64,000 bases of DNA, taken from contig JBKBRF010000001.1 of the NCBI GenBank assembly GCA_046292385.1, positions 269,608-333,607 of the forward strand. The letters run 5' to 3'. Source of the DNA: Armatimonadota bacterium (GTDB lineage: Bacteria > Armatimonadota > SYMT01). The translations under genes were made by a program, and so were the position numbers. Below the pieces are notes generated by a model, which worked only from the letters and a program-made list of their open reading frames with translations, had not been told where the DNA came from and did no database searches. Below, one piece after another: positions 19,405 to 29,241 of the stretch; positions within the stretch are counted from its first letter, which is position 1; each line of letters begins with the position of its first letter.

Positions 19405-21450
19405 TCAGTCCAGCTTGAGGACGGAGACGTTGTTATCCTCGAGCTGCTCGTCCACCTGGTCCCCGGGATCGGCCACCGCAAGTAGATACCGGCCGAGCAC
19501 CCGGGTCTTCTTGGACACCCGGGCCTTCATCTTCAGCGAGCGGATCTCCCCCGGCGCCAGCCCACGAACGCGGATCTCCTGCAGGAGCAGGTCGGCATCG
19601 TCCGGCGTGGCGTCATCGGAGAGATACAAGCGCACCCGGGAATCGGAAGGTCCGGCAGCGGCGCCTACGTCGCCCACCTGAACCACTCCGCTGAGTCGCC
19701 GCCAGCGTCCACTTCGAGTCAGCTTCACCCGTTCCCAGGCAACCTGCAGATCCGGCCGTGGATCGAGCTCCGACGTAATCGGAACGACCACCCGGTTGTT
19801 TGCCGCGTTGTAGTCATCACCACTTCCCACGACCGCCTCAACCGGCTCTGTGCCGGTGTAAGTCGGTCGAAGTGTCACCCGAAGGACGGCGGAGGCCCCG
19901 GGCTCGAGCTCGGGGATGCTCCAGCGGACCACCTTCCGCACGCCGGTGGCGAACGACATGTTGAGGAACTCGACGGTCGTGCCTTGCTCGGAAGCGACGG
20001 ACACCACGGCGAACCGGCTGGCGCGGCCACTCACCACCGTGTCCACGTCGAGTGCCGGATTGGGGCCGTGGTTGGTGACCGTGGCCGTGAACGTGATCGC
20101 CTCGGGCCCGGTCACCTGATCCCGATCCGGGGAGAAGTCGATCGAAAGGTCGGCGGGAGCGGGCACCTCCGGGGTAAGCATTGCCACCCGGCGTCCGTAT
20201 CCGCGGATTGCGAAGACGACGATCTGCCCCTGGTTGTTGATGAGCGGCTCTTCCAGCTTCCAGTTTGCTCCCGCGGCTACGAGCTGGTCGAGCCGGTGCA
20301 TCTGCCCGTTCTCCCAGAGAAAGCCTGGAGCATACCCGTCCGCGACCGTGTCCTCGGAGGTGCCGACTACCTGGCCCAGGTCGTTGAGGCCGGTCGGCCG
20401 GCTGTAGTCGCCGCCCAGCGTGCCGAGGTCGATCAGTTGTCCGTTGTCCCACAGGACCGCGCGAGTGACGCTCTGCCTCTCGCCGTCCGGCTCGCTGTAT
20501 CCGGCGATCTGACCGCGCTCGTTGATGAAGGAGGCATAACTGCTGCCCCCCAGCGTGCCGAGGTCCGTCATCTCGCCCTCTTCCCACAGGAAGGCGTGAC
20601 GAATCGGAGCGCCGAAGGAGGTGTACTCACCGGTGGAGTAGTATCCCACCACCTGTCCGCGGTCGTTGATCGCCGTAGCGCTGCTGGAGACCCCGAATTC
20701 CCCGAGCATCTGCAGCCGCCCGTCTGCCCAGATGAACGCGCGGAACACCGGATGGCCGGCCGGGTCGGTTTCACCGGTCGAGGCGCTGCCGACAACCTGA
20801 CCGTGATTGTTGATGTCTACGGCTTCGCTGTACGTGCCGCCCAGGTCGCCCAGGTCGCGGACTAGCCCGTCCTGCCAGAGGGCGGCGTGGAGACGACCGG
20901 GACGTCCGCGCTTCTGGGGCAGCGTGGCCCAACCCACGACCTGCCCCTGGTCGTTCATGTCTTTGATGCTGACCAGGCTGCCTCCGAGACCCGGTAAGTC
21001 AACGCGGGTGGTGCCGTTCCAGAAGAAAGCAGTTCGGATCGCCATCCCCTGTCTGTCTTGTTTACCGGTGTGGTAGTAACCGGCTGCCTGTCCGTTCTTG
21101 TTTACCGCCTGCGTCTCACCGGACCGCGGTAGCGGAATGTTGAGATCGAGGGCCTGGCCGTCTTTCCATACCACCGGTGGTGAGTAGAAGGCCCCATTCG
21201 GAGCCGGCGCTTCCGCGAACCCGCCGACGATGCCGTTGTCGCTCAGGTCCAGAGGGACCGCCTCCGGACCGCCGAGCGTGCCGAGGTCTCGCACCGTATA
21301 CCGTACATCGGACGGTTCCTCGGCCGTGGCAAACCGGGCGGGGACCGTGCCGATAGCGAGAAGTGCCACCAGAAGTGCAGCAAAGGGCACCCTGCGCCGG
21401 CGGCAGTAGGAGGGTGTCAGGGCTTCCGAGCTTGGATCAGGACTGAACAT
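19405..21450 (-). CDS. Secreted HAF-repeat protein with DUF11 and CARDB-like C-terminal domains
   Basis: Signal peptide; repeated DLGTLGG...INxxGQVVG...HAFLW units; TVTNHGPNPA (DUF11); ADPGDQVDEQLEDNN (CARDB). Confidence 0.85.
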   Translation of the reverse strand: MFSPDPSSEALTPSYCRRRRVPFAALLVALLAIGTVPARFATAEEPSDVRYTVRDLGTLGGPEAVPLDLSDNGIVGGFAEAPAPNGAFYSPPVVWKDGQALDLNIPLPRSGETQAVNKNGQAAGYYHTGKQDRQGMAIRTAFFWNGTTRVDLPGLGGSLVSIKDMNDQGQVVGWATLPQKRGRPGRLHAALWQDGLVRDLGDLGGTYSEAVDINNHGQVVGSASTGETDPAGHPVFRAFIWADGRLQMLGEFGVSSSATAINDRGQVVGYYSTGEYTSFGAPIRHAFLWEEGEMTDLGTLGGSSYASFINERGQIAGYSEPDGERQSVTRAVLWDNGQLIDLGTLGGDYSRPTGLNDLGQVVGTSEDTVADGYAPGFLWENGQMHRLDQLVAAGANWKLEEPLINNQGQIVVFAIRGYGRRVAMLTPEVPAPADLSIDFSPDRDQVTGPEAITFTATVTNHGPNPALDVDTVVSGRASRFAVVSVASEQGTTVEFLNMSFATGVRKVVRWSIPELEPGASAVLRVTLRPTYTGTEPVEAVVGSGDDYNAANNRVVVPITSELDPRPDLQVAWERVKLTRSGRWRRLSGVVQVGDVGAAAGPSDSRVRLYLSDDATPDDADLLLQEIRVRGLAPGEIRSLKMKARVSKKTRVLGRYLLAVADPGDQVDEQLEDNNVSVLKLD

Positions 21451-21633
21451 TAACCACTTCTTTCATTGCCAGGCAAGCATGCGACGATTGGCCGAAGTGG
21501 TACGAAACTCCTTTCCGACGCTGCCGAAACTTTCTGCCGGGTGCAGGCGCAGCCGCGGTGCCCGGGGTGGGCGGACCCACGCCCGGCACTCGGCACCTAT
21601 CCGTCGCGGGAGCCGGGGTGCAACCGGCGGAGA

Positions 21634-21984
21634 TCAGCCGGCGATCTTCACCTGGCCGTGGTGGTCGCAGTGGTCGCCGTGCGGGTGGTGGAGGTGGCCG
21701 TCGACCAGGTAGTCGACGTGATCCCCGTGCGGCACCGCTTCGTGTCCGCAGCCGGGACCATGGCGGTGACCCGATTCATGGGCGCCGCAGTGGTGGTCCG
21801 GGGTGCAGTCCGCGGGGTTGCCGGCGTTCACCGCCAGCACGTGCTCGTCCACGTGGTCGCCGTGCAGGTGGTGCAGGTGCCCGTCGTGGAGGTAGTCGGT
21901 ATGGCCTTCGTGCTGGAGGGCGGTGTGGCCGCAGCCGGGACCGTGCTCGTGGTCGTGGCCGCGGTGGGTTTCGCAGTGACCCAT
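21634..21984 (-). CDS. Histidine-rich putative metal-binding protein (internally duplicated)
   Basis: 30 His in 116 aa; two copies of HGPGCGH..H..H.DYL.DGHLHH.HGDH; GAGGGAG RBS. Confidence 0.85.
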   Translation of the reverse strand: MGHCETHRGHDHEHGPGCGHTALQHEGHTDYLHDGHLHHLHGDHVDEHVLAVNAGNPADCTPDHHCGAHESGHRHGPGCGHEAVPHGDHVDYLVDGHLHHPHGDHCDHHGQVKIAG

Positions 21985-22029
21985 TCAACTTCTCCCTCGG
22001 CCCGTCGCTGGAGTGGGCTTCGTGGAGTC

Positions 22030-22056
22030 GTACCCGGCCGGCATGGCGAACGAAAC
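22030..22056 (-). promoter_or_regulatory. SigB/SigF-like promoter
   Basis: GTTT-N17-GGGTAC on the minus strand, 45 nt before the His-rich gene. Confidence 0.55.
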
Positions 22057-22237
22057 GGTGTTGTCAGAGTGACTCCTCCGAGAAGTACCGCTCGGTTCCC
22101 GAGAGGCGTGTGCCGCGGGTGAAGCAGCGGCAGCGCGCAGCGTATTGGACGCCGCGGAGGAGACGGCGGCGCCGTTCCCCAACGTCATCTCACCGGCGCC
22201 AGCCACCGATCGATCTGCCGGGAAAGCGAGCGCTCCG

Positions 22238-23800
22238 ATGTCCCACTCCTTCACCTCCTTCAGCCGTCGCCGTCTCCTCCAGGGCTTCGCACTTGGCTCG
22301 GCGGCGTGCATTCTAGGCGATCTCTCCGCCGGCCCGGCCGGCGCGGCCGTGGGCGGCAGTGGGAAGCTGCGGCGCGGGAACCCGGCGGAACTGGGGGTTG
22401 ACCCGCGGGCGGTCGGCGCGTTCATCGACGCGGTGGAGCAGAAGGTGGGCGGGCTCCACAGCTTCATGCTGCTGCGCGGCGGGCAGGTGGCGGCGGAGGC
22501 GTGGTGGACGCCCTACGCGCCGGCGCACCCGCACATGCTCTACTCGCTGAGCAAGAGCTTTACGTCGACCGGCATCGGCCTGGCGGTGGCGGAGGGGCGG
22601 CTCTCGGTCGAGGACCGGGTCACCTCCTTCTTCCCGGACGACCTGCCCTCCAGCATCGACCAGAACCTGCGGAAGATGCAGGTGCGCCACCTGCTCTCCA
22701 TGTCGACCGGTCACGAGCGGGACGCCACCGGCCCCACGGCGGCGGCGAAGGACGGCAACTGGGTGCGAGCGTTCCTGGCGCTGCCGGTGGAGCGGGAGCC
22801 GGGCACGCACTTCGTCTACAACAGCGCCGCCACCTACATGCTCTCGGCAATCATCCAGAAGCTCACCGGGCAGACGCTGCTCGACTACCTGACGCCGCGG
22901 CTCCTCGCGCCGCTCGGCATCCGGAACGCCACCTGGGAGAGCGATCCGCGCGGCATCAACACCGGCGGCTGGGGACTAAGCATCAAGACCGAGGAGATCG
23001 CCCGTTTCGGGCAGCTCTACCTGCAGCGCGGGAAGTGGGGCGACCGGCAGCTCGTTCCGGAGAGCTGGGTCGCGGAGGCCTCCGGCAAGCAGATCGCGAA
23101 TGGCAGCAACCCGAACAGCGACTGGAACCAGGGCTACGGCTACCAGTTCTGGCGCTGCCGCCACGGCGCCTACCGGGGTGACGGCGCCTTCGGCCAGTAC
23201 TGCGTGGTGATGCCGGAGCAGGAGGCGGTGCTCGCCATCACCAGCGGCATCGGCGACATGCAGGCGGTCCTGAACGCCGCGTGGGAGCACCTGCTGCCGG
23301 GGATGCAGCTCGCCTCCGGCAGCTCGGACGCGGCCGCGGAGCTGGAGAAGAAGCTGAAGTCGCGCGCCGTCTCCGCCCCGCAGGGGAAGGCAAGCTCGCC
23401 GACCGCGGAGCGCGTCTCGGGACGCGTCTATCGCTTCGAGACGAACGACGACCAGATCCGGTCCGGGGCGCTGACGTTCGGCAAGGGCCGCGCCTCGCTC
23501 ACGCTCTGGGACGAGCGGGGGCAGCGCGAGCTCCCGGTCGGATCGGACGAGTGGCTCCGGGGAACCGCGCCGCTGGGCGGCAATCCGATCATCGGGTCCG
23601 CCGGCAGCATGGAGAAGGTGGCGACGCGCGGCGCGTGGGTGGACGACGATACCTACGCGATCAAGACCTGCTACGTCGAGACTCCGTACGTCGAGACGAC
23701 GACCTGGAAGTTCGACGGCGACCGCGTTACCGTCACCCGCAAGATGAACGTCGGCTTCGGCTCCACCGATCGCCCGGCGCTCACCGGCCGCATCGCGTGA
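22238..23800 (+). CDS. Tat-exported serine hydrolase (beta-lactamase/AmpC family)
   Basis: SRRRLL Tat motif; SLSK (SxxK), FVYNS, LLSMSTG, YRGDGAFGQ motifs. Confidence 0.88.
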   Translation: MSHSFTSFSRRRLLQGFALGSAACILGDLSAGPAGAAVGGSGKLRRGNPAELGVDPRAVGAFIDAVEQKVGGLHSFMLLRGGQVAAEAWWTPYAPAHPHMLYSLSKSFTSTGIGLAVAEGRLSVEDRVTSFFPDDLPSSIDQNLRKMQVRHLLSMSTGHERDATGPTAAAKDGNWVRAFLALPVEREPGTHFVYNSAATYMLSAIIQKLTGQTLLDYLTPRLLAPLGIRNATWESDPRGINTGGWGLSIKTEEIARFGQLYLQRGKWGDRQLVPESWVAEASGKQIANGSNPNSDWNQGYGYQFWRCRHGAYRGDGAFGQYCVVMPEQEAVLAITSGIGDMQAVLNAAWEHLLPGMQLASGSSDAAAELEKKLKSRAVSAPQGKASSPTAERVSGRVYRFETNDDQIRSGALTFGKGRASLTLWDERGQRELPVGSDEWLRGTAPLGGNPIIGSAGSMEKVATRGAWVDDDTYAIKTCYVETPYVETTTWKFDGDRVTVTRKMNVGFGSTDRPALTGRIA

Positions 23801-23807
23801 TCCGCAG

Positions 23808-26800
23808 CTAGCCGGTCCGTCCCGGAACGGGGAGGCGTTCGGAGAGAGTGGCGAGGAGCGCGCGGAGAGCCTCGGGATTGACCGGCTTGATCAGGTGGTG
23901 GTCGAACCCGGCGGCTTCGGCCGCCTGGCGGTGCTCCGGATCGCCGTAGCCGGTGAGGGCGATGAGCCCGGCGCCGGCGAACGAGCCGTTCTTCCGCAGC
24001 TCGCGGGCCACCTCGTACCCGTCCATGCCCGGGAGGCCGATGTCGAGGAGGATGATCCGCGGCTCGTACTCCGGCACGGCGGAGAGGGCGGCGCGGCCGT
24101 CCCGGACGCTGCGCACCTCGTAGCCCCAGAGGTGGAGCAGGTCGGTCAGGGTCTCGGCGGCGTCGGCGTTGTCTTCCACCAGGAGCACCCGCCCATTCCC
24201 GTCGGCCGCGGCGGAGGCGCTCGGCACCGCTGCCGCCGCGGGCTCCCGCTCCGGCTCGGCGGGGAGGCGGACGGTGAACTCGGTGCCGAGCCCGGGACCG
24301 TCGCTGTGGACCTGGATGGTGCCGTGGTGCATCTCTACCAGGCGCTTTGCGAGCGTCAGGCCCACGCCCAGGCCGCCCTCCGCCCGGGCGAGGGTGCGCT
24401 CGCCCTGGACGAAGAGATCGAACACCCGCGCCTGCAGCTCCGGGTCCATCCCTCGCCCGTTGTCGCGCACTCGCAGCACCGCCTCGCCCTGTTCCCGCTG
24501 CGCGACGAGTGAGATCTCGCCGCCGTCGTCGGTGTACTTGGCGGCGTTGTTGAGCAGGTTCACCAGCACCTGCACCAGGCGCGTGGGATCCGCCTGCAGG
24601 AAGACCGGCGGCAGCGGGACGGAGACGTTCAGGTGGTGCCCGCGCTCCTCGATCGCCGCGCGAGTGCTGGTGACCGCCTGCTCCACCACCTGCGACAGGT
24701 CGACCCTCTCGGTCCGGAGGGAGATCTTGCCTTCGTTGATGCGGGAGACTTCCAGGAGATCGTCCACCAGCCGCGAGAGGTGGCGCGCGTTCCGCTCGAT
24801 GATCTCCCGCTGCTTCCGGACCACCGGATCGCCGTCGCTGCGCAGCCGGAGGATCTCCGAGGAGGTGACGATCGGCGCGAGCGGGTTCCGCAGCTCGTGC
24901 GCCAGCATCGCGAGGAACTCGTCCTTCCGCCGGCCCTGGGTCTCCAGCACGTGGTAGAGGCGCGCCTTCTCAATGGCGAGCGCGGCCCGGTCTCCCAACT
25001 CCTGCAGCAGGCCCAGGTCCTCCTCGGAGTAGGATCGGCCGGGGGGATTGTGCCGCGCGAGCATCAGCACGCCGAGCAGCCGCCGGCGGCCGCGCAGCGG
25101 TACCGCGAGCATGCTGGTGAGCCCCACCGCGTCCCGCAGCGGCCGGTACTCCGGCTTCATCTGGCGAGTCGCGTCCTCCGCGGCGATCTCCGGGATCAGC
25201 AGTGGCTCGCCCGTCCGGAGCACCTGTCCTCCGTACCCCTCGTCCACGCGCTGCGGGTGGGCCGCGTCGAGCATCCTGATCAGCCGCTCGGCGTCCGGCA
25301 CGGTGCTGTAGACGCCGAAGCTGTCGAGGCGCTGACCGTCCTCGGAGACCAGGCGGAGCACACAGGTGTCGCCGATGAGCTCCGCGGTGCGCTGCACCAC
25401 CGTCCGGAGGAGACGGGGATAGTCCGAGCTCAGCTCGGCGAAGGCGCGGGAGGCCTCGTTCAGCACCCGCAGGCGGTTATTGGCTCGGTCGAGCCGTGCC
25501 GCCGTGGCTTGCAGCTCCTCCTCCCCGCGCCTGCGAGCGGAGATGTCCTGGATTACCGCGATGTAGTACTCCGGACGGCCGTTCACCAATCCGAGAGAGA
25601 CGGTCAGCTCCGCCCACACGGCGCTGCCGTCCCGCGTGACGTAGCGCTTCTCCAGCGCGTAGGTGTCGATCTCGCCGGACCGGAGCCGCTCCACGAGCGC
25701 GAGGTCCTGTGCCAGGTCCTCCGGATGAGTGATCTCCTGAAAGGTCTTCTGCAGCAGCTCTTCGCGGGGGTAGCCGAGAATCTCGCAGAGCTTCTGGTTC
25801 ACCCGCAGCCAGCGGCCGCCGAGGCCGACGTGCGCGACGCCGACCGCCGCCTGCTCGAAGGTGCCGCGGAAGCGCTCTTCGCTGGCGCGCAGGGCCTCTT
25901 CGGCCAGCCGCTGCTGGGTGACGTCCCGGCTCACTCCCACGAGGCGGACCGGCGCGCTCGAGTCGTCGCGCAGGAGCTGCGCGCGGGTCTCGATCCACTG
26001 CGTCTTGCCGTCCGGCCGGACCGACCGCAGCGCCAGCTCGTAGGGCGCGCCCTCCTCCAGCGTGCGCCGGATCGCCTCCAGCACCCGGTCCCGGTCGTCC
26101 GGGTGGATCAGGGCCTGGAACGCCTCGTAGGTTCCCGCGAATCCCCCCGGCTCCAGGCCGTGCAGCGCCTCCAGCCCCTCCGACCACGCGACCCGCCCGG
26201 AGCGGATGTCCCACTCCCAGGCGCCGATTCGCCCGGCCTGAAGCGCGAAGTGGAGCCGGGCCTCGCTCTCGCGCAGGGCGTTCTCGGCGTGGCGGCGCGC
26301 CGTGATGTCGCGGATGATGACCGTGAAGAGCTTGGAGCCGCCGACCGGCACCTGCGAGATCGTCGCCTCGATCGGGAACTCGCAGCCGTCCGCATGCCGC
26401 GCGGTGAGCGGGCGCAGGGAGCCCATCGAGCGGCTCGTGGTGCCGGTGGCGCCGAATTCCTCGACATAGCCGCCGTGCGCGGCGCGATAGCGCTCCGGCA
26501 GCAGCAGCGCGAGCGGCTGCCCCACGATCTCCTCGGCAGGGTAGCCGAACATCCGCTCCGCCGCGGCGTTGAAGACGACGATCTCCTGCCGCTCGTCGAC
26601 CGAGATGATCGCGTCCATCGCGGAGCCGATGATCCCGCTCAGCCGGGCCTCGCTGCGGAGGTGCTCGGCTTCCACCCGCTTCCGCTCCGTGATGTCCTGG
26701 ATGATCCCCATCGTGCGAATGGGGCTTCCGCTCCGGTCGCGGACCACCGCTCCATCTACCTGGACCCACACTACCCGGCCGTCTTTGCGGACGTACCGCT

Positions 26801-27860
26801 TCTCCACAGACCAGGTGTCCCGCTTGCCATGCACGGCCGGAGAGAGGGTCGCCAGGTCGCGCTCGCGGTCCTCGGGATGGGTCAGGTCGAAGAGGGTCCT
26901 TCCGAGGAGCTCTTCTTCGGAATAGCCGGTGATCTCGCACAGCTTGCGGTTGACGCGCTGGATACGGAAGGTTGTGGGATCCGCCTGCGCGGCCCCCGCG
27001 GCGGCAAGCTCAAAGAGGGCGCGGAAGTCGGCCTCGCGGGCACGGATGAGCCGCTCCGACTCCACCTGCTCCGTGAAGTCGACGCAGCTCCCGACGTACC
27101 CGAGGAAGGCCCCGTCCGGCCCAAAGCGGGGGGTGCCGGTGTCGAGCATCCAGCGGTACTCGCCGTCCGCCTTGCGCAGCCGGAACCGCGTGGTGAACGC
27201 GCGCCGCTCTTCCCAGGCGGCCTGGCACTCCGCCAGCGCCGGGAGGTCGTCCGGATGCACCGGCTCCAGCCAGCCCTCTCCCAGCTCCTCCTCCAGCGTG
27301 CGGCCGGTGAACTCCAGCCACTTCTGATTGAAGTAGCTGCCTGCCTTGTCCGGCCCGGACATCCAGATCAGCACCGGGGCGGAGTCGAGGAGCGCGCGGA
27401 AGCCGGCCTCTACCTCCCGCCCGCCGGAGGCGCCGCTCAGCCGCAGCAGCGTGCGAACCGCCGCCCGCAGCGCCGCGGGGTCGATCGGGCCGCGGAGGAT
27501 GAGATCGGCTCCCGCCTCGCCTTCGGGGAGGTCGGCCGCGCTGCGGCCGAGCCAGAGGACCGGCGCGTCGGCCGTCGCCGGGTGGGCCCGGAGCTGCCGG
27601 AGGAGCTCGGCGGCGCAGAGATCCGGCAGTTCGGCGTCGAGCACGACCAGGCGCGGACGCGGCGCGTCCGCACTCAAGCTCCGGAGCGCCTCCCGGGCGA
27701 AGGCGGCGCAGTGTACGACGTGGCCGGCGTCCCGGAGCAGGGCGGCGGTCTCGCCGCGCCGGCGCGCGTCGTGGATGGCGAGAAGGATGGCTGCGGACGA
27801 CGAGGCGCTCACGAGGCTTCCGCCGGACCCCTTGGGCAGAGAGTTGCCAATCCCGGGCAT
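23808..27860 (-). CDS. Cytoplasmic hybrid sensor histidine kinase (REC-like, 5 PAS, GAF, HisKA, HATPase, REC)
   Basis: FLAMLAHELRNPL H-box, NLLNNAAKY, DNGRG, GLGVGL; repeated HPED/HPDD PAS motifs; C-terminal LLDIGLPGMDGY; start may be GTG at 27812. Confidence 0.93.
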   Translation of the reverse strand: MPGIGNSLPKGSGGSLVSASSSAAILLAIHDARRRGETAALLRDAGHVVHCAAFAREALRSLSADAPRPRLVVLDAELPDLCAAELLRQLRAHPATADAPVLWLGRSAADLPEGEAGADLILRGPIDPAALRAAVRTLLRLSGASGGREVEAGFRALLDSAPVLIWMSGPDKAGSYFNQKWLEFTGRTLEEELGEGWLEPVHPDDLPALAECQAAWEERRAFTTRFRLRKADGEYRWMLDTGTPRFGPDGAFLGYVGSCVDFTEQVESERLIRAREADFRALFELAAAGAAQADPTTFRIQRVNRKLCEITGYSEEELLGRTLFDLTHPEDRERDLATLSPAVHGKRDTWSVEKRYVRKDGRVVWVQVDGAVVRDRSGSPIRTMGIIQDITERKRVEAEHLRSEARLSGIIGSAMDAIISVDERQEIVVFNAAAERMFGYPAEEIVGQPLALLLPERYRAAHGGYVEEFGATGTTSRSMGSLRPLTARHADGCEFPIEATISQVPVGGSKLFTVIIRDITARRHAENALRESEARLHFALQAGRIGAWEWDIRSGRVAWSEGLEALHGLEPGGFAGTYEAFQALIHPDDRDRVLEAIRRTLEEGAPYELALRSVRPDGKTQWIETRAQLLRDDSSAPVRLVGVSRDVTQQRLAEEALRASEERFRGTFEQAAVGVAHVGLGGRWLRVNQKLCEILGYPREELLQKTFQEITHPEDLAQDLALVERLRSGEIDTYALEKRYVTRDGSAVWAELTVSLGLVNGRPEYYIAVIQDISARRRGEEELQATAARLDRANNRLRVLNEASRAFAELSSDYPRLLRTVVQRTAELIGDTCVLRLVSEDGQRLDSFGVYSTVPDAERLIRMLDAAHPQRVDEGYGGQVLRTGEPLLIPEIAAEDATRQMKPEYRPLRDAVGLTSMLAVPLRGRRRLLGVLMLARHNPPGRSYSEEDLGLLQELGDRAALAIEKARLYHVLETQGRRKDEFLAMLAHELRNPLAPIVTSSEILRLRSDGDPVVRKQREIIERNARHLSRLVDDLLEVSRINEGKISLRTERVDLSQVVEQAVTSTRAAIEERGHHLNVSVPLPPVFLQADPTRLVQVLVNLLNNAAKYTDDGGEISLVAQREQGEAVLRVRDNGRGMDPELQARVFDLFVQGERTLARAEGGLGVGLTLAKRLVEMHHGTIQVHSDGPGLGTEFTVRLPAEPEREPAAAAVPSASAAADGNGRVLLVEDNADAAETLTDLLHLWGYEVRSVRDGRAALSAVPEYEPRIILLDIGLPGMDGYEVARELRKNGSFAGAGLIALTGYGDPEHRQAAEAAGFDHHLIKPVNPEALRALLATLSERLPVPGRTG

Positions 27861-27963
27861 CGGTTACCGGTTAGAATACGACCCGCCGCCAGTATCCTCC
27901 TCGTCTGGATGTGGAGAGGGGAGGTTCTCCGCACGGGGCTCGCGAGCCGGTTCGGATAGGCTC

Positions 27964-29241
27964 TTACATAAAGTTGGGCGTATGGAGGGCGGAGATTTCG
28001 TCCGCCTGGGCCGGAGTGAACCCCGCGGCCTGGAGGCGGCGCATGCGGTGGGCGTGCATCTCGCTAATCAGCTCGCGGACCTTCGCCAGGCCCTCGGGGA
28101 GGTGATCCGGGTTCAGGCCGCCCGCGGCGAGGATCGCCAGCGCTTCCTGCACGCGGGGGCTCACCTCCGTGACGGAGCTCATGAACGCGGCGCGCTCGCG
28201 GACCGCCCGCAGCAGGCGGTCGTAGTTGCCCGGGTCCTGCGCCAGGTAGTAGCGCATGTGCGCCATCCCGAAGTGGACGTGCCGGGTCTCGTCCACCCGC
28301 GCGCGGCGGCAGATCTCCGCCGTCACCGGGTCCGGCGCGTGGGTCTCGATGAAACGGAGCAGGTCGAGGAAGGTGCCCTCGCCGAGCACCGAGAGGAGGA
28401 ACGAGGCGCTGGTGAAGTCGTGCTGATCGAAGAGCGTCTTCAAGCTGAGCTGGGTCGACGCGGCGGAGTACTGCAGCCCGCCGCCGTTCGCCAGCGCCCG
28501 CTTGGTGAACGCCTCGATGTGGCGCGACTCGTCCATCATCTGGGTGCAGAGGATCATCACCACTTCGTTGAACTGCGGGTTGATCCGCGGCACGAACTTG
28601 GCGGGGACGTAGAGCGCGGAGTACTCGTTCTCCGTCAGGAACGTCATCAACTGGCAGACCGCGCGCTCCAGCGGCGCCGGCAGGGGCGGCAGTTGGTCCC
28701 AGGGAATGTCGCGCGAGGCGTCCCACTGATTCGCCGTCGCCTGCTCGTAGAGGTCGGCCACCTCGGCGGCCCAGACCGCCGAGCGCTCGTTGATGGTGAA
28801 GTCGAACGCCGGGGCGCCCGCTTCCACCACCGCCCCCCGCGGCGCGAAGCCGGTGGTGGTGGGGGCGACCTCCGGCACTTCGCCGACCCGGCCGACCATC
28901 CAGTCGCGCGTGTGCAGCTCTCCGGAGGGCCGCCGCGGCATCTGCACGCCCCAGTCCGGCCGCTCCTCCGCCGCGATCGACTCGTACGGGCTCTTCCGGA
29001 AGTAGTAGACCGCGCCCGCAGCCCCCGCCTCCGAGCCGAGATACGGGTGGGCCATGATGCGGCACCAGGCGGGGAGGTCGTGCGCGACGGTGGGGTGGGC
29101 GGCGCGCACCGCGACCACCGCCTCCGCCGGAAGCGGCTCCAGCGCCTCGCGCAGGAGCATCAGGAGGCCGTTGCCGAGCTCCAGCGAGCCGCCTTCGACT
29201 AACGCTGCCGGCTCCGGGAATGTCTCCGGGGCGCCGCTCAC
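27964..29241 (-). CDS. Ferritin-like diiron-carboxylate protein with N-terminal TusA/SirA-like domain
   Basis: ENE...DESRH...GEG...DETRH ligand pattern; N-terminal HDLPAWCR; GTG start overlaps the upstream TGA. Confidence 0.8.
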   Translation of the reverse strand: MSGAPETFPEPAALVEGGSLELGNGLLMLLREALEPLPAEAVVAVRAAHPTVAHDLPAWCRIMAHPYLGSEAGAAGAVYYFRKSPYESIAAEERPDWGVQMPRRPSGELHTRDWMVGRVGEVPEVAPTTTGFAPRGAVVEAGAPAFDFTINERSAVWAAEVADLYEQATANQWDASRDIPWDQLPPLPAPLERAVCQLMTFLTENEYSALYVPAKFVPRINPQFNEVVMILCTQMMDESRHIEAFTKRALANGGGLQYSAASTQLSLKTLFDQHDFTSASFLLSVLGEGTFLDLLRFIETHAPDPVTAEICRRARVDETRHVHFGMAHMRYYLAQDPGNYDRLLRAVRERAAFMSSVTEVSPRVQEALAILAAGGLNPDHLPEGLAKVRELISEMHAHRMRRLQAAGFTPAQADEISALHTPNFM

